Part shown: piece after piece, positions 12,475 through 21,457 of the stretch
Position numbering within the stretch: position 1 is the first letter of the stretch
How the letters are laid out: each line of letters starts with the position of its first letter
IMG/VR virus record: IMGVR_UViG_3300046171_000271
Origin: a virus
Taxonomy: Duplodnaviria > Caudoviricetes
Strand: one strand, 5' to 3'
Length of the DNA: 64,000 nt
Translations under genes and position numbers: made by a program
Notes under the pieces: model-generated
Told to the model about the DNA's origin: nothing
Databases searched by the model: none
Seen by the model: only the letters and a program-made list of their open reading frames with translations

Positions 12475-12701
12475 TGGAAAGCGTCGAAAAGCACATCCAA
12501 AAAGACAAAGAGATCCTTCAAGATCCTACAACGTCTCCACAACAGCGCCGCCACATCGAAGGAGAACTACATGAGCTTGAAGTTTATGTAGAGAACCACA
12601 AAGAAGAAATTGAAGCAGGGGATCATCATGATCCAACTGCATTAGAACTTTTTTGCGAAGTTGAACCAGACGCTGATGAGTGCAGAATTTACGAAGATTG
12701 A
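12474..12701 (+). CDS. cp12: CP12 Calvin-cycle inhibitor (auxiliary metabolic gene)
   Basis: C-terminal LELFCEVEPDADECRIYED; 75 aa. Confidence 0.9.
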   Translation: MESVEKHIQKDKEILQDPTTSPQQRRHIEGELHELEVYVENHKEEIEAGDHHDPTALELFCEVEPDADECRIYED

Positions 12702-12706
12702 TATAA

Positions 12707-15700
12707 ATGTCAGGACTTTCGGATAAGTACAACTACAAATTAACCTCTGAATACCTCTGGCAACTAACTCATATGCCTGCGGTGATTGTTGGTGTCGAAG
12801 CACAAGACACAACACAATTCTCTGAAAAGTATGGAGATACCCCACCTGATGTAGTTGCTCAGCGTTATAGGATCAGACTTTTAGGTATTGATCCTCCCGA
12901 CAAACCCGAAAATTTACTGCCGCTTGCATATCCTCTTCAACTTACGAGTGGATTGGGTGCTCAAGATTCCGGGATCATTAGATATACGCCCAATACATAT
13001 GTCTATGTTTCAAAAGATCCAAACAGTGAGGCATATTATATTGAAAGAGTCATTCCTAATGCTATTGCCAAACTTTTTAAATCTGACTCAGCTGACTTAT
13101 CAGGAACAGGAATACTCCCTTATAGTGGTTTTATTCCTGGGGTAACTGTCGTTCCTGATCCATTTATTAATGATTTAAAAACAGATTTAAATTCTGCTGA
13201 ACTTTTTAATACTCAACTACCGTCTCTTGCGGATGTAAATCACGATTATAAAACAAAACTTCCAAAAATTAAGAGTGCTTGTGATACTGTAAATGTAGAT
13301 GGTGTCAATGATGCCATCGAGGGCATGATTAAAGATGTTGAATCTCTGAGGACTGGAATTATCGGTGATGATAGTTTCCTTGCTACTACTCAGAATTTTT
13401 TATCAGATGCACAAAATTTCGTTAGTAATACTATACCAAACACATCATTAGGTGTAGGAATTGGAGAAGATAGTTTTGACATAAGTATTGGAAATGCTGC
13501 GGGTGATATCGCAAGAATAATGGCAGCATTAGTTCAAAAAGTTAGAAAATGGATACTTAGAAAAATAACAACTGTTGCGAATGTAGTTATAGGTAAAGTT
13601 CCATTATCCGCAAGATATCTTGCAAATGAAGTGGGGGACAAAGCACTAACCGCCGCATCTTGTGCGATTGCAAAAGTTCTAGCAAATCTTGAGGAAACAA
13701 TTGCTAATATTCTCAAGACTATTGTTAATAAAATTTTAAATGCTGCTGAATGTTTAGTTGAGAATGTTATTGGTGGTATTATAGGAAATATTCTTGGAAA
13801 TATTACTGGGGTTATCAATAGTATATTAAGTAAACTTAGTAGTGTACTCGGTGGACTTGGAGCTTCTGTAGGGGCAATTATTGATCTAGCAGGAGATATG
13901 CTTGATTTTGTGATTAGTATTCTAGATATATTCACTTGTAAAGCAGAAAATCTCTGTCCCGATTCTAGCACCTGGGATTTTCTTCAAGGTTCAAAACCAA
14001 AAAAGAATGAAACTCTAGACTTTGATAGAATATTTGAAAAAGCAAAAGGTGTGACTGCCACCGTGGCAGACACAGTAGGTAATGTAAGTACTGAGGTTTT
14101 ACAATCTTTTGATGAAGTTACACGAGAGGGATTTAAAGAAGTTATATTTACAAAAGACGATGGAACTGAATTTAATCCACTTGATGAAATAGATTCTGGA
14201 ATAATTTGGCAAAATATAATTGATGGCGGGTGTAATACAGATGCTGTTAGTTGTGGCCCTCCCTAATGTTGTATTTTTTGGTGGTGATGGTGACGGAGCA
14301 ACAGGAAATCCCGTCGTTAATTTAGCAGGAGAACTAATTGGTGTTGATATTATAACTCCTGGACAGTATGTTAAACCTCCCTTAGTTTCATTTGAGGATG
14401 ATTGTGGAAATGGTAAAGGTGCGATTGGTAAGGCAATATTAGGGAGAGTTAAAAATAAAATCGTTTATGAATGGAAAGAGAGAGTTATCAATGCTGAAGA
14501 AGGATCGTTTGCTAATTTTACTATAGTTAGATCTGGACGCACTGATGTTAAATCTAGAGTTAAAGTCAAAACTCTTAGAAGTAAGGGAAGTGCCATTGCT
14601 AAGAAAGATTTTAAATTTTTAAAAGAAAAACTTACATTTAAACCTGGAGAAACAGAAATAAATTTCAGGGTTAAAGTGAGAGCAAAAGGTAAAGGTGGTG
14701 AAGGATTCCAAAACACTGAAGAAGAAGGAAAAGAAAAATTCTATGTTAGTATTACAGCACTTAAATTAAAAAAAGAAAAGAATAAAAATATTAAATTAAA
14801 AATTAAAAAGAAAAACAAATATGCAAAATGTATAATTACTGACTCTTTTGATGATGAAGATTTAAGGGAGGATGACATCATCGATGATGATGATGATCTG
14901 GATGATGAGGAGGTTGATGATAATATTGATGATCCTGATGATGATAAGGATGATGATATTATAGGAGTAACAGATGTCGTCATGGATGATTCTGGATATA
15001 ACTATTTGCAAAATCCGACAGGAGAAAAAGGTGGTGGCGGAAGAGTTTGGGCTAATAGATGTCAAACTACAGTTCAGAGAGCCAATTTTAATTGGGATAC
15101 ACCTTATAATAAAGATGATGAAATAACAGCATATTATGGAGATACTATTACTTTACCCGGTAAAAAACCTGTTTTAATAGATCAAAACTTTACTGCTGAT
15201 ATGATTCCAGGTTGTATTGTTAAAGGTACAAATCCTAAAATCAAAGACATGACTAAATTTGATTATAAGGTTGGAAAAGTTTATGAAGAGGGTAAATCAT
15301 ATAAATTTGGAGCGGCTTCAGATTATAAACTTGCCAAGGAACAAGGATTTTCTGATCAAGACATTAGATTTTACTTAGAAAATAAATTCTTCATTAGAAT
15401 TGGTGGAGTGATGAGAGAAAAATTATTAGATCCCAATTTTGGTAAAATTCCTGAATTTAGCGTTACAGTAACTGCACCAGGATGTCCTCCCGGAACGCCT
15501 GAGGATCCAAATGAACGTCCATCACCACCAACACTACCATCATCACTACCAACAGCAAGTCTTATAGCAACAGCATCTGCTGGAGGATCTTATACGTTGA
15601 GATGGAGTTCTACTGGTGGATCAACCTATACTTTGACTGGCGAACCTAATCCAGGAGCTTCTGGTAGTAAGATTGTTTCTCCAAAATCATCAACATCTTA

Positions 15701-16691
15701 TACTTATACTGTTACAGACGCATCTGGTAAATCTACATCTGCTAATGCAACAGTTGTAGTTCCAGAGGCTTCCGTAGCACCACCACCATCAGCAAGTCTT
15801 ATAGCAACAGCATCTGCTGGAGGATCTCATACGTTGACATGGACTTCTACTGGTGGATCAACTTATACGTTAACAGGTGAACCTAATCCAGGATCTTCTG
15901 GTAATAAAAAAGTTTCTCCAAAATCATCAACATCTTATACTTATACTGTTAAAGGGCCTGGTGGAACTACATCTGTATCTGCAACAGTCATAGTTACAGA
16001 GACAACTAAATCACCAACACCACCGACAGCACCAACCGCGCCACCAACCGCGCCAACAGCAAGTCTTACAGCAACGAAAATTTCTGGAGGATCATCCACC
16101 TTGACATGGAGTTCAACTGGCGGATCAAAGTATACTTTAACTGGTGAACCTGATCCCGGATCTACTGGTAGTAAGAGTGTTTCTCCAACATCAACAACAA
16201 CTTATACTTATGTTGTAGAAGATGCATCTGGTAATACTGCATCTGCTAGTGCAATAGTTGTAGTTTCAGCGGCTGCTACACCATCAGCACCGCCGCCACC
16301 ACCGACACCACCGACACCACCAACTCCAGATGACGATGATGATGGTGATAGCGGTAGTAATAAAGAAGTCGTCGCAATATTAGATAATAAAGTTTTTATT
16401 GAAAATGGAGGATTTAAATATTGCGAAGACGATGAATTAATTATTGGTGATGGAAATAATGGATCTGGTAGATTGATTGTCGATAGAAGAGGTACAATCA
16501 GAGGAGTTGTAATTACTAATCCTGGTATTGGTTTTACAAGCATTCCAGAAATGAGAATAAATACGAAGTGTGGTGGATTTAATGCTAATTTGAAACCAAT
16601 ATTGAAATTTATTAATGTTAATGATTCTGGATTTGTTGTTCCACCAGGAACTCCAACTATAAAAGTTATCGATTGTGTAGGTAAGGTATAA
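12707..16691 (+). CDS. gp5-like baseplate hub/spike-associated protein with Calx-beta and three Ig/PKD-like repeats (frameshift ~14260)
   Basis: N-terminal RYRIRLLG..LPLAYP; C-terminal VVITNPGIGFTSIPEMRINT..KVIDCVGK; ORFs 12707-14266 and 14220-16691 join. Confidence 0.6.
15552..16270 (+). repeat. three ~240 nt coding repeats (Ig/PKD-like) with Pro/Thr linkers
   Basis: units start ~15552, ~15790, ~16056: ASL(I/T)AT..GGS.TL.W(S/T)STGGS.YTLTGEP(N/D)PG..VSP.S(S/T)T(S/T)YTY(T/V)V. Confidence 0.9.
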
Positions 16692-17301
16692 TGGGTGCAG
16701 CAAAGTGTCCTGATTTTAAAAGTATCGGTAATACCGTTGGCGAAGTTGCATTTGAACAGGTAGATAGTCAAAATAATAAACAAGCGGTGATGATACGCCG
16801 TATTTTTCCCAATCCTGGATTTAGAAGAAGTCAATATATTGGACTTCAAATGAGTGGAGCACTCAATGGATCTATTAACGTATCAGCACCAGCATGTTAC
16901 AATGTTCGTTGTGGAGAAAAACCAGTAGATGGCATCGCTGGCGTAACATACGCTGAAAACGGTGATTTAATTTTATATGCCCCTAGAGGAAGAATAAGAA
17001 TCGTAGCGCAAGATATTGATCTTATTGCAGAAGGTAATGGTGACACTACTGGGTTCATAAACATTCATTCAAATGCTGCCATTGATATGGACACTGCTGA
17101 AATGAGTGTGCAGGCAGATGATTCTGTTGGTATTGCTGCAGAAAGAAGTGTAAATATTAATTGTATGCAAAAAGTAAAGTGAGTGCAGCAAACTTTAAAG
17201 TAGTTGAAACTGCTGATGTTGCTTCATTGCTAGGCACTGGATCCAATACTGTTTTCCAGACAATTGAAGGAGTTAAAAAACTTATAAGGAGTTTAGTATA
17301 A
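16691..17301 (+). CDS. baseplate/spike-associated protein, beta-helix-like (frameshift ~17170)
   Basis: GDLILYAPRGRIRIVAQDIDLIAEG..INIHSN repeats; frame continues to TAA 17299-17301. Confidence 0.5.
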
Positions 17302-17302
17302 C

Positions 17303-18328
17303 ATGGAAGTAGGAGATATTCATGTAGGAAAACAACTATCTTGTGTTTTCACACCCCAAGGATTAAATCCAACTACAGCAATTAATCCATTTGGTTTTGG
17401 AGAAAAAGCTGTTTGCGGAACAGGACATTTTAATGGTGGTGTGTTAGTTGGAAGTGGTAAATATTTCCCAGTGCCTCACCCAACGGCATCATTGATGGTA
17501 ACTCGTCCATCTCTTGATGAAAATCCATTAGCTATTGCTCCATCAATTGTCCATATTAGAGGTGCTTTACCCATACCACCAACACCAATTGATGTAATTG
17601 TTGGTGATGAAGCATTTGGGCCTGTTGGTGTTAAGATGTTTTGCTCAACTTTAAATATAGTTACCGCATCTCTTACAGTTGAAATAGCACCTCTTAAGAA
17701 AAAGACTATCGCCCTAGAAAAGGCAACAGGTGCTGAAGTAACAACAGGTGCTCAAGTTGAAACTGGTGTTCAAGCACAAGCAGGTGCAGAAGTAAGAGCA
17801 TCTGCTAAGTCAATTATGGGCCCTACAGCTTTTAGTGGAAACGTTACTGCTCCTGTTTTTATAGGAGCTCTTAATGGTGTTGCAACTGGAAATAAAACCA
17901 TAGGTGCTTTTGATATTCCTCATTGGACGAAGAAAAATACCAGAATACGTCACATCATTGCTGAAGGCCCTGAACCTGGAATATATGTTCGTGGAAAAGT
18001 AAAAGGCAATGTTATTGAACTCCCAGAATACTGGGAAGGACTTGTTGATCCAGATACAATCACAGTTACTTTAACTGCTTTTGGCAGGGCTCAGAATTTA
18101 TATGTTAAAGAAATTGAAGATGGTAAGAGAGTGATTATTGCAAATGAAGATCTCTCTACGCCAAATTGTCATTATGAAGTGTGGGTAGCAAGGTGGATTG
18201 ATCCACGAGATCATGATAAAATATTACATGTAACTTATGAAGGAGAAACACCTGCAGATTATCCCGGCGATCCTAAAGATTTCTTAGTAGGTGGTTGGGA
18301 TTATGATCGAAGAGAAACAGAGTGGTAA
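17303..18328 (+). CDS. structural protein with C-terminal chaperone-like (S74-type) domain
   Basis: FDIPH..RIRHIIAEGPEPGIYVRG..IELPEYWEGLVDPDTITVTLT. Confidence 0.55.
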   Translation: MEVGDIHVGKQLSCVFTPQGLNPTTAINPFGFGEKAVCGTGHFNGGVLVGSGKYFPVPHPTASLMVTRPSLDENPLAIAPSIVHIRGALPIPPTPIDVIVGDEAFGPVGVKMFCSTLNIVTASLTVEIAPLKKKTIALEKATGAEVTTGAQVETGVQAQAGAEVRASAKSIMGPTAFSGNVTAPVFIGALNGVATGNKTIGAFDIPHWTKKNTRIRHIIAEGPEPGIYVRGKVKGNVIELPEYWEGLVDPDTITVTLTAFGRAQNLYVKEIEDGKRVIIANEDLSTPNCHYEVWVARWIDPRDHDKILHVTYEGETPADYPGDPKDFLVGGWDYDRRETEW

Positions 18329-18369
18329 TGAATCAAATGATAATCATTTTTTTAATGGGAGAATAAACT

Positions 18370-19812
18370 ATGGCATCAGAGGATATTAAAAAACTTATTA
18401 AAAAATCTGTTGATGTTAAAGTTCAACAAATTGGATTTGTTCAAGATGAAATTGTCATCGCTGATGATGATAAATCATTTTATGATGAAGCAATAGAAAA
18501 GATTGAAAGACATGTTTTTGAAGAAATTGAAGATGTAAATAGATCATTTGTTGATGTCCAGACTGCATATCAGGATCGAATTGATTCACCCTGTAGAACA
18601 GATTTATTTTGGAGATATGTTGGATCAGTGACAGTTGGTAGTGAAAGGCCAACCACCACAAATTATTTCTTATGCACAAAATTAAAAGTTACACCTTATA
18701 GTAATAATGTTGGACTTGGATCAACAACAACAACATCTACTATGGTAAAATTGAATTCTGATGGAACCACTACTACAGTTAATCTTGAAAATGAACTTGC
18801 TTTTGATCGAAGAGATTTTTATGGATTAAAATACTATGAAGAACCATTTAATGAAGATATTGGCAATTCTTTAATCGGTTCATTTATTGGTACATGTAGT
18901 GTTGGATCAACAGAGATCACTATAATGAATCTAACGGAAAATAACACAAAATATGAACCTGGACAGATGATTTCTCGTTGCACTAAGCCTGATGTTCTTT
19001 TAATTGATCCTGTTAAAATTACAGAAGTTGGTATTGGAACATTAACAGTAAATCTTAATCCTGTTGGTATAGATAGCACACAAGCAACAGTTAATATTCT
19101 TAAGACTAATGTTGCGATGGGGAATAGTGCAACTGCTCCAGAACCTGATAATTCACTCGTCAGTTTTAGAGTTATTGCAGATCCTGATGACTTTTTAGAA
19201 GGTACGCAAAAATATCAAATTCCATTTGAAAAAGATCCATTTAATGATCAAGTCATTAGTATTGCTACAACATCTAATATTGGTGCAGGTAAATCAGTTT
19301 ATCTTGTCCAAAATGGAGTTACTACTAAACAAGATGAATGGAATACTGGAGATATATACAAAATAAATGATAATGGAGACTTTTATGTTACCGAACCAGA
19401 AGTTGGCCCTGGAAGAATTTACTTTAAACTTGGATTTGATGAAAAACCAATTCTTTTAAATGGAGATGACGCTGAGGAAGGTGATGTTAGAACAAACATT
19501 GGCGGGATGCCAGGGCCATTTCCTTCTCCATTCTACGAATCATTAAATTCTTGCTCATCTGCAATTAATGATGCAATAACAAATACACTTGGTATTTCAT
19601 CCACAAAGGAGACTGCACTTGCTAATAATGATTCAGTAAATCAAAAATTACTTGTGGCATCTAATGCATTACGAACACAGCGTAATATTTTTTCTCTTAA
19701 AATTTTCGGTATGCGTAAGATTTTGGGAAGTGAGAATAGTGATATAGATACTTTTAATGGACTTAATTCCATTTTAGAAGATCCTACAATTTTGGATGTT
19801 ATAGATGACTGA
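18370..19812 (+). CDS. hypothetical virion protein
   Basis: 480 aa ORF in late operon; VGLGSTT/GIGT motifs as in cyanophage structural genes. Confidence 0.55.
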   Translation: MASEDIKKLIKKSVDVKVQQIGFVQDEIVIADDDKSFYDEAIEKIERHVFEEIEDVNRSFVDVQTAYQDRIDSPCRTDLFWRYVGSVTVGSERPTTTNYFLCTKLKVTPYSNNVGLGSTTTTSTMVKLNSDGTTTTVNLENELAFDRRDFYGLKYYEEPFNEDIGNSLIGSFIGTCSVGSTEITIMNLTENNTKYEPGQMISRCTKPDVLLIDPVKITEVGIGTLTVNLNPVGIDSTQATVNILKTNVAMGNSATAPEPDNSLVSFRVIADPDDFLEGTQKYQIPFEKDPFNDQVISIATTSNIGAGKSVYLVQNGVTTKQDEWNTGDIYKINDNGDFYVTEPEVGPGRIYFKLGFDEKPILLNGDDAEEGDVRTNIGGMPGPFPSPFYESLNSCSSAINDAITNTLGISSTKETALANNDSVNQKLLVASNALRTQRNIFSLKIFGMRKILGSENSDIDTFNGLNSILEDPTILDVIDD

Positions 19813-20047
19813 ACCTAATTTTGAATTTCTGCACGGCAGAACAACGAAGAATATGATTGAACTTCCTAAGTCATGGGAAGATACTGTAGATATGAGTACA
19901 GTGACGATTCACCTTACTCAGGTGGGTTCTAACCAGGACTTGCGTGTGAAGCGTCACCAGGGTACAGAGATTCACCTCTCAACCAATGGACTGCCAGTAG
20001 ATTGCTATTATATGATCGTGGGTGAATTGCTTGACAAGGACGCCTGA
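19805..20047 (+). CDS. stand-alone paralogue of the 17303-gene C-terminal domain
   Basis: MIELPKSWEDTVDMSTVTIHLTQVGSNQDLRVK vs VIELPEYWEGLVDPDTITVTLTAFGRAQNLYVK. Confidence 0.65.
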   Translation: MTEPNFEFLHGRTTKNMIELPKSWEDTVDMSTVTIHLTQVGSNQDLRVKRHQGTEIHLSTNGLPVDCYYMIVGELLDKDA

Positions 20048-20059
20048 GTCCTCTATAAT
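20031..20059 (+). promoter_or_regulatory. consensus sigma70-type promoter
   Basis: TTGACA-17-TATAAT upstream of 20085 ORF. Confidence 0.85.
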
Positions 20060-20084
20060 AAGTGGGTAATCAAGGGAACACCCA

Positions 20085-20267
20085 ATGCAAGACGAGTATC
20101 TCTCCCGAGTCGTCATCGATCCTTCTGCCCGTAACTTTTATCTTTACTCTAGCGAGGGTGATGAAAAAGTTGTTGATTGTACTACTATTGACGAATTCAT
20201 GAGTGTGATGTCTTTTATTCGTTCTACTGCGTCTGACGACGTTATTGCATATGCTAACCCACTCTGA
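20085..20267 (+). CDS. small hypothetical protein
   Basis: 60 aa ORF after perfect promoter. Confidence 0.7.
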   Translation: MQDEYLSRVVIDPSARNFYLYSSEGDEKVVDCTTIDEFMSVMSFIRSTASDDVIAYANPL

Positions 20268-20302
20268 ATCCCTGTATCAAGAAATCCTTAAGTGTTACGA
20301 GT

Positions 20303-20464
20303 ATGAGAGCAGAAACCCGACAATCTATGGAAATGTTATTCGAGTCGAAATGGAATTTGCCAAAAGCAGCAGAAAATTGCGGGTTGACAAATAAAGAAAT
20401 GAAAATAACATTTAACGAATATTGTCGTCTTAATCCACCAACGTATGATTCTCAACAACCTTAA
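20303..20464 (+). CDS. small hypothetical protein (not in ORF track)
   Basis: MRAETRQSMEMLFESKWNLPKAAENCGLTNKEMKITFNEYCRLNPP. Confidence 0.65.
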   Translation: MRAETRQSMEMLFESKWNLPKAAENCGLTNKEMKITFNEYCRLNPPTYDSQQP

Positions 20465-20720
20465 AATTTATTGTCAGACTGAAGAAGATCAAGAATCAAT
20501 TGTTGACTACATACTTGATGAATACCCAGATGTTAAGATTAGCACCTGGGAACCTGATGGAGAACCAGGATCATGGGGAATGTTCGTTGATGACTTCCCT
20601 ATTGAAGTTTGGGAAATGCTCTGCCGATTCCTTGATAGTGAAGATGCATTCGTGCTTGACGAAGAAGTGGAAATGGCGTTAGAATGTGATGAACCAAGGA
20701 TAAACAAATACTATCCTTGA
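20445..20720 (+). CDS. acidic hypothetical protein
   Basis: 91 aa ORF. Confidence 0.6.
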   Translation: MILNNLKIYCQTEEDQESIVDYILDEYPDVKISTWEPDGEPGSWGMFVDDFPIEVWEMLCRFLDSEDAFVLDEEVEMALECDEPRINKYYP

Positions 20721-20744
20721 TTTTTTGGGAGCAATCTCATTTTT

Positions 20745-20818
20745 GCGCGAGTAGTCCAATGGCAGGAGACACCAAACTTAAAATTTGTACAGTGCGGGTT
20801 CGAGTCCCGCCTCGCGTA
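20745..20818 (+). tRNA. trnL: tRNA-Leu(TAA), short variable loop
   Basis: acceptor GCGCGAG/CTCGCGT, anticodon loop CTTAAAA, T arm GCGGG-TTCGAGT-CCCGC, discriminator A. Confidence 0.85.
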
Positions 20819-20866
20819 TTGCTAAACAGTAGACAATACTAAATAACGACAGTATAGTCTTCTGTT

Positions 20867-21328
20867 ATGGCAAAATCTAGGAATTACACTAATGAACAAT
20901 TTGCGGAAGCAGTTGCGAATAGTGGTAGTATACGTCAAGTTCTGCAAAAACTGAATTTGAGAGAAGCTGGAGGAAACTACCAGTGCGCCAAAGAGCGTAT
21001 TGGACAATTAAATTTAGATATTTCTCATTTTCACGGACAAGCATGGAATAAAGGTAAAAACTTACCTAAAAGGCAACCCCTAGAAACTTATCTTGTGGAG
21101 AATAAACTAGTTCAGTCAAATAGTCTCAAAAAACGCCTAATCAGAGAAGGCATCAAACAACACAAATGTGAGATGTGCGGTATTACAGAGTGGAACGGCA
21201 AACCCACTCCCATTGAACTTGATCATATTGATGGAAACCGGTATAATAATACCATAGAGAACCTACGCATTCTCTGCCCCAACTGTCACGCACAGACAGA
21301 TACATATAGGGGCAAAAATAAAAAATAA
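20867..21328 (+). CDS. free-standing HNH homing endonuclease
   Basis: KCEMCG..IELDHIDGNRYNNTIENLRILCPNCHAQT. Confidence 0.9.
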   Translation: MAKSRNYTNEQFAEAVANSGSIRQVLQKLNLREAGGNYQCAKERIGQLNLDISHFHGQAWNKGKNLPKRQPLETYLVENKLVQSNSLKKRLIREGIKQHKCEMCGITEWNGKPTPIELDHIDGNRYNNTIENLRILCPNCHAQTDTYRGKNKK

Positions 21329-21332
21329 CATT

Positions 21333-21404
21333 GCCCCTGTAGCTCAATGGCAGAGCAACGCTTTTGTAAAGCGTAGGTTGTCCGTTCAAATCGGATCGGG
21401 GGCT
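21333..21404 (+). tRNA. trnT: tRNA-Thr(TGT)
   Basis: GCCCCTG/CGGGGGC acceptor, ACGCT-TTTGTAA-AGCGT anticodon arm, GTCCG-TTCAAAT-CGGAT T arm. Confidence 0.92.
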
Positions 21405-21422
21405 TAACGAGAAGACAGCGGT

Positions 21423-21430
21423 AATAAATA
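21423..21430 (+). promoter_or_regulatory. T4-type late promoter
   Basis: AATAAATA upstream of 21458 ATG. Confidence 0.7.
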
Positions 21431-21457
21431 ACTCATACAGAATAGTGTGTTAGTAAG

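Noticed and set aside
2015-16849. Opposite-strand ORFs such as 2015-2521, 6680-7402, 13534-13971 and 16208-16849
   Set aside because: Shadow ORFs of well-supported genes, with no motifs of their own.
20745-21328. Group I intron with HNH inside tRNA-Leu(UAA), as in many cyanobacteria
   Set aside because: The tRNA is contiguous and complete, and the HNH lies outside it.
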